Source: Camelus dromedarius (Eukaryota). Taken from it: a stretch of DNA of 64,000 nt. The stretch is from positions 93,002,001-93,066,000 of the forward strand of contig NC_087472.1 in the NCBI RefSeq assembly GCF_036321535.1, read 5' to 3'. Both the position numbers and the translations under genes were made by a program. The notes beneath the pieces were generated by a model. That model did not search any database. It saw only the letters and a program-made list of their open reading frames with translations, and was not told the DNA's origin. This document shows positions 12,626 through 22,540 of the stretch, one piece after another (position 1 is the first letter of the stretch; each line of letters begins with the position of its first letter).

Positions 12626-14082
12626 ATAAAAGTAGTGGGAAATGAAGGTTGAACCTGGAATTAATTTCAGATGAAAATGTATTTTCTAAGTGCTCCCAGG
12701 CTGAACTGGCCTCAAGTTGATGTCACAAGCCAGTTCAGCCTGGGACCCCTTGAAAAACATAGTTGTGTCCATGGTGAGCTTATGAGAGTCTACTCTTGTC
12801 TAAGTGGCCACATGAGGGATTCACAATGCTAATGACAATGCTAATAACCATGGACAAGAAATTGGGAATAGTGTCTCAAATGTTCTCAATGATGGTATAA
12901 CTTTACAGTACAACCAAATATCTAGAGGAGAATTTGGGGTCAGCTTCTTTCAGATAGAATCTAATTAATACACTTGGTGAAAATATGGCACATTTTGGGC
13001 TAGATTTGAATAGATTCTGGAATGAATACTCAGGAGAAACGTTCTTCTTACTTAGATTTCTGTTGGATTTTGATGAAATTTGGCTCACTGGTATGCTAGA
13101 TGTATTAAATCAAGGCACTACACTCTAGAATTCATATGCTACAAATAGGTAATTTATCTTCTTTGGAGGCAAAAGTGCATTTAGTTATATGACTCTAATA
13201 GTCTTTTAAAAAATGGAACCAGTTTGATAAATTTTTCATCCATGCAAGAGCTCTGATTTCTGTTTGAATTCAATTCTGAGTTGTCTAGACATCAGTAACT
13301 TAACCCTAGAGCTTAATCCCACCACTTCCTGAAATTCTTGTTGCTGAGGTCAAAAGAACTTAGGAAAGAAAGTGGGCTTTATGAAAAATCTACTAAAAAG
13401 CAACATTATCTTTACCCTTTAGTAAGATTCTGTATTTATCTGAAGACTCATATTGTTAAATCACCGGGAAAAGATATTTAAGAAACTTGCCTGAATATCA
13501 TTTCCTTTATTTGCATTTCTGCCTCCAACCCCCATGCCCAGCCCAAATTCTTCTTCTTAGTTTGATAGATGAGAAGGACATGGTGTGGGTGTGTGTGTGT
13601 GCACTTCTCAATTGATAAGTCTTTTTCTCTGTACATTTTCTTTCCCTAACTTTCAACGATTTCCTTCCACTTATATTTAAAACAAGGTTTCACAGATAAC
13701 TAAAATGCTACTTGCTATCTTTAGAGATGCTCTCATGCAGCTTTTCTTTTTAGTTAACACGAAAAAACAAATGAGGAACTATGATTGTGTGATAACCACT
13801 ATGAAGAAAATAATCTGTTAATTCTCCTGGGTTTTAGGGAACATTTTCACTGTATGTGGTAGTGGATGGAGGTGGAGGTGGGGAGCTTCATAGGGAAAAC
13901 ACTCAAGTAGATAAAAAGATAAAAATAACCTCAGTGTGAATTTATAATATCCTTCTTATCATTTCAGTCAAATTGGAATTCAATTCTCGGTGTGTCTGTG
14001 TGGTCTAGGGACTTAATGATGATAGAGAGACAGCTCTCTTAGTGGCAAAACCAGTTTTCTAAGACTTTAGTTCATGTTTGAA
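12626..14082 (-). pseudogene. Collagen pseudo-exon cluster 5
   Basis: Exons: 13930-14082 (153 nt, *TK VLE..GFA..RPH RHT); 13712-13849 (NP GEL); about 13605-13675 (VE GNR *KL GKE NVQ); about 13491-13555 (GRN ANK GND IQ, donor gcaagt); about 13300-13416 (GKD..GSG GIK); 12907-13095 (189 nt, start restores to GIP GEP); about 12626-12748 (tttttcaag|GSQ AEL ACD). Confidence 0.8.
12694..12745. repeat. Perfect 17-bp inverted repeat with 18-nt spacer
   Basis: tcccaggctgaactggc (12694-12710) and gccagttcagcctggga (12729-12745). Confidence 0.95.
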
Positions 14083-14309
14083 CTAAAGTATGTCAGTGGA
14101 TATTTATAATTGAATAAATACCACTTAATGATCACTGTAATGATCATTATATTATCAAATTCATGCTCACTTAATATACTTTATTAAATAAACTTGCAAA
14201 ATATTTTATTCAGATCTATATTCACATAGCAGATTTCTATTTATTCTGAAGAATCATTTTTGTCCTTTAGTTCAGTTATGTACTTTCTCATTTGAGATTA
14301 AATACAAGG

Positions 14310-14361
14310 TACACCAGAAACTTATACCACATTGTAAATCAACTATACTTATTAAAAAAAA
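14310..14361 (+). mobile_element. Ultra-short L1 3' tail insertion
   Basis: tacaccagaaact..acattgtaaatcaactatactt plus poly(A); 15-bp TSD agattaaata(c/t)aagg at 14295-14309 and 14362-14376. Confidence 0.85.
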
Positions 14362-14479
14362 AGATTAAATATAAGGACTGGGGATCAATAAAGAAAAGCT
14401 TTAAAAGGTTAAATATATTCTTCTCTTTCTTTTGGTCCTTTCTCTATTGTATTAATTTCAATTTTGAAATGAGTATTTA

Positions 14480-15290
14480 GAGACACTAATAAAGTTGATA
14501 TCGAATGAGTTCATGTGCTTTTTACACCTTCTCTTTTTTGGTTGCAATTAGTACTAGTTATAGATGCCTCCAAAGATAGGGATCTGGAGATACTGATTCA
14601 CTTTTGATATTTGCCTGCACACTTTTAGAAATAGCATTCTTTTTTTTTTTTTTCTGGTAAAATGGAATCTGCTTTTTATTTGCCTAATAATAGCTTATGA
14701 GCTCTTTCTTTCTGCTCAGCACTTAACCATGGTGTCAGGTTAAGCTAAGCCTTGCATAGGTCTCAATATTAAAAACTCCACATGTTATCGCATTATCTTT
14801 CCTGGTTGTGGTTCATGGATCCCCTGAAAATAGTTTTACAGCATTTCCTTACTATCCCCCAAATTAAGGTCTCATTTATTCATTGCTTCATTGTGATTTC
14901 TCTTCCCTCAGAAATAACCCCTTAACTTATTATTATCATGTCCTAGTAGAAATCAGGGCTAAAGTAGAGAAAGCTCACACAGAATCTCAGTTCTTCATGT
15001 TTATCTGTGTCCCCCAACCTGTGGCTAATGTGATCTTAGAAGAAGTTGGGTGCTTTTACTGGTCTACTTAAAGTGTGATAGATATCTCAAACCTTTATTT
15101 AATTTTTCCAAGAAAATGGTGCCTACAGAATTTGTTTGCCAATGTAGAGTTTTGTGTGAGACTTTCATCAGGCATTAGATGGAGCAGTCACGCCTTACTC
15201 CATGTCACTCGCCAGGCTACCTGGTGCAGTTAAATTGGATAATGTTAAGATCACACAAAGGCCCCTGATTAACCTGCTATTCGGAATGAG
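14480..15290 (-). pseudogene. Collagen pseudo-exon cluster 4
   Basis: Exons: about 15199-15290 (AP GSL, donor gtaagg); 14979-15122 (144 nt, GKI..NK GLR..GHR, donor gtgagc); 14684-14823 (ctattttcag|GIH EPQ..AEQ KER AHK); about 14480-14621 (SES VSP DPY..STN CNQ KRE GVK). Confidence 0.8.
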
Positions 15291-15422
15291 CTGTTTGGCT
15301 ATCTGGGGAATGATCTCATTCAAATTCTTCCGCTTCACTTCAGATTGCCTTTCCTGTAAATATCAATACCCCTCGGTTGTCTTAGCATCCCCAAAGTTCC
15401 TATTAATTCCAAATTTATAGAA

Positions 15423-15606
15423 CAGTGGCTCTCAAAGTATGGTCCTGGGATGAGCAACATTAGCATAACCTGGAAACTCAATAGAAATGCAAATTCTCAA
15501 GCCATCCCCCCCAATCCCCCATTCTCCCTAACCCCTGCCCCCGACCTCCTGAGGGGAGGTCCAGGAATGTGTGTTTTAACAAGCCCTCTGTGTTGGAAAA
15601 CCACTG
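15423..15606. mobile_element. MER5A hAT-Charlie MITE
   Basis: cagtggctctcaaagtatggtcc..gaaatgcaaattctc..aaaaccactg. Confidence 0.85.
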
Positions 15607-15679
15607 TCAGGTCTTATGCTTCTGATTATCCACATTGCCCAGCATGATATCTATAGAGAATAGGAACTCAGTATTACAT

Positions 15680-16162
15680 ACAGTGGGAAATTGCAATGAT
15701 GACCTCAGTTCTTCATTTCCCCCCTTATATTCATGCCCTTTACCATGAGACTTTGCAGTTCCTTTTACTAAAGATGCATAGTTGATTTTCTCATCCTTTG
15801 AATCTGTACTAATTTTTATGACTTGCTTCAGGCCATAGTATATGGTGAAAGTGATTGTGTACTAGTCCTGAGTTTAAGTTTCTAGAGCCTTTGGATATTT
15901 CCACTTGCTCTTTTGTACCTCAGCCATTGCTGAAGAATATGCCTAGATTAACATTCTGGATGATGGGAGATACATAGACTAAGCCTAGTAGTTCCTCCAA
16001 TCATCAGAACTGAGAATAGTTTAGATCAACCGATAGCCAGCTGATCCTCAGACAAGATCAGCAGGTAACTCCAGACACGTGAACAATAAACTCTTACTGT
16101 TGCAGGCCACTGAGCTTTTGTGGTGTTCGGTATGGTGTTATTGTGGCAAGAACTAATTGCTA
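15680..16162 (+). mobile_element. MLT1 (ERVL-MaLR) solo LTR
   Basis: catgccctttaccatgagactttgcagttcc..aataaactcttactgttgcaggccactgagctttt. Confidence 0.8.
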
Positions 16163-16208
16163 TCTATGTAGGTACAGTGAATTAAGAAATGTAAACTTCT
16201 ACAGTTAC

Positions 16209-17129
16209 CTGGCCCAGCTTTTCCCATATTTGGTCCAAATACCTGCTTCTTACTGCCTCCAGCTGACAGGGTCTGACCTAACTTGCACGCTAGATTTAGA
16301 GGTAATTTTTGCAATATTGTTCCTGGAACTTCCTGGGACAAAATTCTTTACTTTCAGAGTCAGATTGATGTCAGCTGATTGCCATTCTAGAAAATGGGCT
16401 GTTTTAAACTCATGAAAGACATGAAGACAATGCGTCTAACTCAAAATTATTTTGACATTCTCAGTAATCTAAAAATATCAGAACATAATTCATAAAGAAG
16501 CAACACAAGCCAAGTAGCATGGAATAGGAAATTTCCTTCCTTAAGTTTACATCAAGAGAGATATCCCATATTGTAAAGAGCCCCTGGCCTATCATTTTGT
16601 TGAGAGGCAAATTGGGATTTGGCTATAATTCTTTAGCTAACTTTAAAGATAAGTGATAATTTTGAAATTCAGTCATCCATGACTGAGCTTTCATCCATTT
16701 GGCTTTTATATTTTGGTCTTCTTACAGTCAAAGGTACTGAACTGAAATCTGTCTTCTTTCTGAATAATAGTTTTCAAATTATAACAATGACAGATCTTGA
16801 ATAGTACCTTAGGAAGCAGACAGAAATGCAGCTTACCCAGCTTTCACCTCACATTCAGAGAGACATCTATTTTCTACATTTATCTTTTCTAAGATTGACA
16901 GAGCTCATCATTACAGATTGAATATTTCTTATGAAATTGTATCAAATTCTCCAGTTTTTAGAGCACCCAGTACAGGGCAATGCATAGAAGTATGTTTTGA
17001 TGATAATTTAAATCCCATTGTTCTTTTTCCTTAAATTTGAATTACTCGCTAAATGGTATGCTAATTGCCTTAAAGAGTTCTTGCAGTTTCTAAAGGCACA
17101 GAACTTTCTTCTAAGTTGCAGTGAGAACC
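16209..17129 (-). pseudogene. Collagen pseudo-exon cluster 3
   Basis: Exons: 17007-17129 (attttcttag|GSH CNL EES..GFK); 16837-16967 (GAL..GEF DTI, donor gtaagc); 16726-16807; 16551-16640 (90 nt, DRP GAL YNM GYL); 16209-16386 (EVP GTI..CKL GQT..GKA GP, donor gtaact). Confidence 0.85.
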
Positions 17130-17155
17130 CTAAGAAAATCAAGCTCATTGTTAGG

Positions 17156-17356
17156 CAGTAGTTCTCAGATTTTGGAGGTGTATAGAAACCCTCTAGTTGG
17201 CTAAAAATTCAGTATCCATGACCTCACTTCCAGTGATTCTGATTTATTAGGTTTTGGGGGTAGGCCCAGGAATCTGCATGTGCAACTATACCATAAAGAG
17301 TTATTCTTAAGGTTCTGATAGAGCTGTTCCAGAATCTACACTTTAAAAATTACTAG
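17156..17356. mobile_element. MER5-family MITE
   Basis: cagtagttctca..gattctgatttattaggttttgggggtaggcccaggaatctgcat. Confidence 0.8.
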
Positions 17357-17460
17357 TATACTGCAAGTAGCTATTTGGAATCCCATATTTTATAACAGAA
17401 TAATCACATGATTAAAGAAGAATCAAATCATCTGCTTAACAATATGGTATAATACCTTAC

Positions 17461-18820
17461 ATAACATAACCTCAATAATATAAATGAGATCCTCACTAGT
17501 TTTAGGAAACTATCCTGGGAGACACTGAGAGGGCTGGGAGAGTGATGCAATTCACAATGTATTTACAATTGTATGTCTCAGGGCAGAGATGCCCAGTGAG
17601 GTAGTTAATATACAGGAGACCACTTTTAAGTTGTAAAGTACCTTACAAATACAAGAAACATTCTTTTGAACTTGTAGAGCAGAACCTTAGCAGTAATTTC
17701 TTTATCATTAAAATTTTTGATCTATGGGTGCTGTTGATGTGGGCAAGACACAGGTGGTGCTGATGCGAGTAAGATATTAAACGACAATAATTTCTGAGAA
17801 ATATAACAGAATGTCTTTCTAAGTTATGTGTCAGCATAGATCTAAGATAGCTGTGAAATGATGAATAGCCTGAGGCATTTACTTCTAAAAGATTCTGAAA
17901 GCATTAGACCAAATATTGTTGAGAATCCTTGATACCCAGCTATCTACTGGGGGACAAGGACTGAACTGTCTATGAAGAACATCAAGAAGAAAGGTTATAG
18001 CACATGAAAAGAAAGTCTACAGAAACCACTTTCTCATTAGGTGGCTATTATAAACCAAGTTTGGGATGATGTACATGAAAATGCGTTGAACACTATGTAG
18101 TGCTACACAAGATGGGTGATGGCTATAATTGTGAATTATTAGATTCAAAGACTTCACCTAGGGTTTGGACTACTTTATAATGTTAGATGATTATACTGAG
18201 CCACCCTATCATTGCTAGCTGCAGCATCTGGGAAGTTTGCCCTCCCAGAATTACTTCCTTTTATTTATAGGACTGTGCCATTGTACTATGCTGTGGCTGT
18301 TTCTCAGTACACCCTTAAAGTGTGCCTGAATATCCAGTGTTTTGTCAAATCTCAGAGTAACAGGGATAAAGAGGCAATTATCTACCTGGGGTCATAGCTC
18401 ACCTTTATTTTCTTGGGCTTGTCCCCTTTTGGTCTAGGTAGAATCGAATACTAGATGAAATCAGAAAACTGGACCAAATGTCTTAAGTGCTTTCACATTT
18501 TATAATTCTCCAATTCTACTAGCCAGGATGCGCATTTTAAAAAAATCTGAATCACGAGGATCTTAACATTTCCCTTCCTTACGCTGATGCTTAATGCCAC
18601 CAGAGTGTTAGCTGAACTTTTGAAGTAACTGTAAGAAAGAAGAGAGAAAAGAAGCCTTACTGTATGGTGTGGGGAAATTGTTTCCTAAATCAAACTCTAT
18701 TATATGGTAGAATGCAGCTACAGGGTAAATGATGACAATCTTATCACTAAAGGTAATTATAAAAAAAACTAGAGATATAATAAAACTAGAGAAAATATTG
18801 CCACTATAAAAGGGAAGGCC
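17461..18820 (-). pseudogene. Collagen pseudo-exon cluster 2
   Basis: Exons: 18661-18820 (GLP FYS GNI..GNN, donor gtaagg); 18491-18628; 18386-18450 (restores to GIRGLPGPKGDKGPRGNKGELGPQ, donor gtagat); 18197-18313 (117 nt, SNS GRA NFP DAA ASN DRV); 17883-18016 (IA GYQ GFS TIF GLM, donor gtaaat); 17686-17793 (108 nt); 17461-17641 (181 nt, LT GHL CPE, donor gtaagg). Confidence 0.85.
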
Positions 18821-19239
18821 ACAAAAATATGTGAGAGAGACTGGATTATCCAGCATCAATTTTTAATCTTTAACTCATGAAGTAAATAGGAACAATGTAC
18901 ATTTGGTATAAATATGTGGCTGAGGCTTAAATCATGCCACTCATTAATATATAACAACTAGACTCCAATTTTGTTCCCTCAATTTTCCTGTAATTTCATT
19001 CACTCAATGGTTATTCATTTAGTTCCTACACTGTGGTATTCACTAGTAGGTGCTAGACATATAGCTGAGAACAAGACACTAGTAGGCGGTACTGATGGGA
19101 GGAGTTGCTTTCCTAAACATTATTTTGCATCTGGTGCTAAAGAATAACAGTAGTAGTTACGGAGATAAGTACTGGTAACACCAGAATTTGGGGTAAGACT
19201 GTGTGGTATCCAGGATTGTAACAGAGGTGTGTGTACAAA

Positions 19240-19683
19240 CACTGGCTCTGAGGCTTGGGCATGTGTCTTGCTGTGTCGTAGGGGACATTAGCAAACAGGA
19301 CACAAGCAGAGGTTTGAAAGGTGTTTTGTTCATTGGGGCTTGTCTTCTCCTGCTGCTCTTTGCAACCTCAAGTCTACCAGGTGAAGAAACCTAGGCTAGT
19401 CTCTTGGAAGATGGACACCATGTAGAAAAGCCTATTGTAGAGATGAGCCATCCCAGCCAGGGCCCGCTACGTGAACTAGCCAGACAACCAACAGACACGT
19501 GATGAAGCCATCCTAGATCATCTAGCTTCAGTTTCAACAGCCTCTAGCTGATTGCAGAGATCAGGAGAGCCAGCCTGGATCAGAACTGCCCAGCAGATCC
19601 ATAGAACTGTGAGAAATAATAAATAATTATTGTTTAAAGCCACTAAATTTTGGTTTGTTACGCATCAAAAGGTAACTGATACA
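19240..19683 (+). mobile_element. MLT1 (MaLR) LTR
   Basis: Ends aataaataattattgtttaaagccactaaattttggtttgttacgca..taactgataca. Confidence 0.85.
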
Positions 19684-19900
19684 GGATATCCACATGCCTA
19701 AAGGTGAAGTTGAACCCTCAGTTCACACTGTATACAAAAATTAACTCAAAATGGGTCAAAAACCTAAATTTAAGAGCTAAAACTATAAAGCTTTTAGGAA
19801 AAATAGGAGTAAATCTTTGTGTTCATGGATTAAGCAACAATTCCTCAGATATAACATCAAAAGCACAAGCAATAAAAGAAAATATAGATAAACTGGGCAT
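19684..19900 (+). mobile_element. L1 ORF2 fragment
   Basis: ORF 19704..19976 reads KLNPQFTLYTKINSKWVKNLNLRAKTIKLL. Confidence 0.9.
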
Positions 19901-19959
19901 CACTGAGATGAGAAGTGCTTTTTGGGGGGCTGTTACTGCAGTTACTGCACAATCTAGCC

Positions 19960-20081
19960 AAGCCACTTACTGTTGATGTGACATTGGGGCAGTCAGTTAC
20001 TTCACTAAGCTTAATTTTCATTATCTGTAAAATACAGATGCTCTTTATATCATAAGGTTCTTGTAAAGATTAATGATTATA
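19960..20081 (+). mobile_element. MIR SINE abutting a collagen pseudo-exon
   Basis: tgtgacattggggcagtcagttacttcac..ttatctgtaaaat..cataaggttcttgtaaagattaatga. Confidence 0.8.
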
Positions 20082-22130
20082 TTTCACATCCTTTACATGT
20101 ATTTAGGCCTATACCGTTCCCTATAAGAAAAGCACATTTTTTTTACACTTTCTGCTTAGTCTACATTCTTCATAAATTGTATAGAAGTATATTACATGGT
20201 ATTATCTTCAGAACTGAAGTCAAAGCTACTCATAGTTATTATAATTATTATAATATTATAATAGTTATAATTTTAGATATTATTTATAGTTTTCTAAAAT
20301 GGCTGGGCCAGAGTAGTTAACAGTATGGTTGATACCTGAATTAGGATAAATCTATGAATTGATAACACTAATAAGTAAGATCATATTGAAAACACCTGTT
20401 TGTAAATATGTAAATAATATATAATTCATATGTGTTACATAAGTAATATGTAAATATCAAAATTTCCTTCCAGCATCTTATCTTTGCTAATTAATTTGTG
20501 AAAAAGGATCAGAAATTAATGTCAACTTCTATATAAACAGCAGCAAATCCATTCAATTCATTAATGTCAGAAGTAATTTAAACCTGTATTTTAAAGACTG
20601 TGTTTTCTGTGTGAGAATGAACAAAAAGGTAATGCTGTTTAAAACAGCTGAGTGGGAAAGGTCAGTTTCTGAAAGCACAAAGTCAGTTGTGGTAAAGAGG
20701 AGCTAGATATCTCCAATAGTGTCAAAAGACCAAAGCAGACAGAGAAAATCCCTACCCATAGATTAAATTATAGTACTTGGACTTTGGAAATGGATGCTTG
20801 CAAAAGCAAACCATATAGAGACAGATAACTCAAGGAACTTCATTTACCACATGGACTGGTGGAAGAGGTTGAGTGACATATTACATTTTTGTGTCCCTAC
20901 TTTTTTGATTGAACAAGTTAGTTGCTGAAATTGGAATTTTAATGAGAATGAGAGAAGTTTGGGATAAATACATTTTCTTGCCTTAGGGTTTAGGTCAATT
21001 TCATTTTGATGCAACAGTGCATGTTATCTTGAAGATGAACCATCTCAAGGAGAGAGACAACATAAGAATTGTTGCTAATTTAATTGGACATTTGACACTT
21101 TGCAGGGTCCATGTTCTGATGCTTTTCTCTCAAGCAACTGGAGCAAGAAGAGCCTTTAATGAACTGCAGTTATGAGGGGTAGATTGGCCTAATTCTAAGT
21201 TAAAACAGATAGCAATTGACCATAAAGACAGCAGAATGAAAGATACTTCAGCATTTTCTAGTGATTCACATTTTTAAATTGGTACATCCATCAAAAGTAT
21301 TCCTGGTATGAATACTGAATTTTAAGTTTTAAGTATTTAGGAAAAAGAAAAAGTAAAGGCCCTGGAGGTTCTATTGAGTCTGATTAGTCTTTACTATTTG
21401 AGGAAAGAAGTAACCCTTGGAAGCAGTGGCCTTGAATTTCAGAAGCATGGACCCTAAGTCTCTGAGGGAGGTCTGCTAGAGATTTAACAGTTCGGATGCT
21501 GCCAGTTTACCTGGAATAAGAATGAAAGAGGAACACCGGGAACAGGACTATGGAATTACACAGTGCTGTTGTTTTTCACAGATATTAATTTAGTACAAGC
21601 AGGCCTTTCTTGGTTCCTATCCAAGATAGTCTGGTTGGATTGCCATGGTCACCAAAGACTCTCATTTAAAGACTATTCCTCTGTAAAGAGGCCTGATGCT
21701 ACCCTAAAAAGAATATTCTAGCAAGGTTTTGGTACATTCAATAATGAGGACCCAGTGAATTGCAGAAGCTATTTGTAAGGTGGTTAGGATAATGTAGCTC
21801 TAATATTGGGAGAGATTAGACACTGCTTATCTGGCACTGACACCCGAACCTCTTAATCAGCCACTAGTGAGTCATAGTAAGTTTTACAATTGTTGCATTA
21901 AAGGTTAAACATAATTGGTTATAGTCTAACTTTTTTATCCACTACAGTAGCTTCTGCTGTAACTTTAGCTCTAGCAGAGCCTTTCAAGTTCATGATTTTA
22001 GCTCTTATTTAGTGTTTCAATGGGTAATTTCAAGTTGTTATGAATAAAAATGTTAATGTGTCTATAAAATTTTCTTGAAAGAAAAAATATTACCTGGGAG
22101 GGTCACAGTGCAATTAAGTAAATATGCCTA
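20082..22130 (-). pseudogene. Collagen pseudo-exon cluster 1
   Basis: Exons: 21931-22061 (LK GSA RAK VTA EAT VVD); about 21736-21873; 21597-21703 (107 nt, ttctttttag|GGT AGC ATC..GDH GNP); 21354-21510 (..EPP GPL); 20972-21188 (217 nt, IK GSS..GPC); 20584-20896 (GHK..SPC GK* SSL..GFS..DTI GDI; possibly two exons); about 20275-20395 (GIN HTV NYS GPA); 20082-20120 (ttttcttatag|GGA ACG GTA..GLN TCK GCE, cut by a MIR). Confidence 0.8.
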
Positions 22131-22155
22131 GTCAGTACATAGTTAATTTTAGTAC

Positions 22156-22436
22156 TTTTATTTATGAAGACTCTTTCTCCCAGGAACACAATGTTTTTTG
22201 GAAGTTGAATCCTGCTGTGCTTCTCTCATTGTCCTTGGTGTTATGATTCTGACCGTGTGAACCCCGTGGATAGGATTGATTACTGGGATTTGTCATTTGT
22301 TGTTCATAGCATTTGTAGGTTGCTCTGGGCTTTTGGTCAAAAGGAGTTGCTTGGTTGTTGTCTTCATCAGCTGAGGTAGTTAATGCTGCTTCAAAGAGTC
22401 AAGAATTATTCTTTTTCAGCTCCATAGAACATTGTA
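22156..22436 (-). pseudogene. Pseudo-exon: non-collagenous Thr/Pro/Lys-rich linker running into the start of the triple helix
   Basis: Acceptor ttttaattactcag, donor gtacta. With one frameshift reads QCSMELKKNNS*LFEAALT..QLMKTTTKQLLLTKSPEQPTNAMNNK*QIPVINPIHGVHTVRIITPRTMREAQQDSTSKKHCVPGRKSLH. Confidence 0.6.
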
Positions 22437-22540
22437 CTGAGTAATTAAAATATTTGTTAAAGACTTTTAAAATGTCTCTTCTTGGTTGTCTTGTGATTTA
22501 AGTTAGAGACATAAAATGCAGACCAGAGGCTTACTCTTAC

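Noticed and set aside
21341..21550. Plus-strand collagen-like reading (SLPGIR..ERGTPG) suggesting a head-to-head COL4-like gene pair
   Set aside because: The purine run is the complement of the minus-strand polypyrimidine acceptor at 21511, and antisense collagen DNA mimics G/P repeats. The minus-strand reading fits the splice sites and the neighbouring exons.
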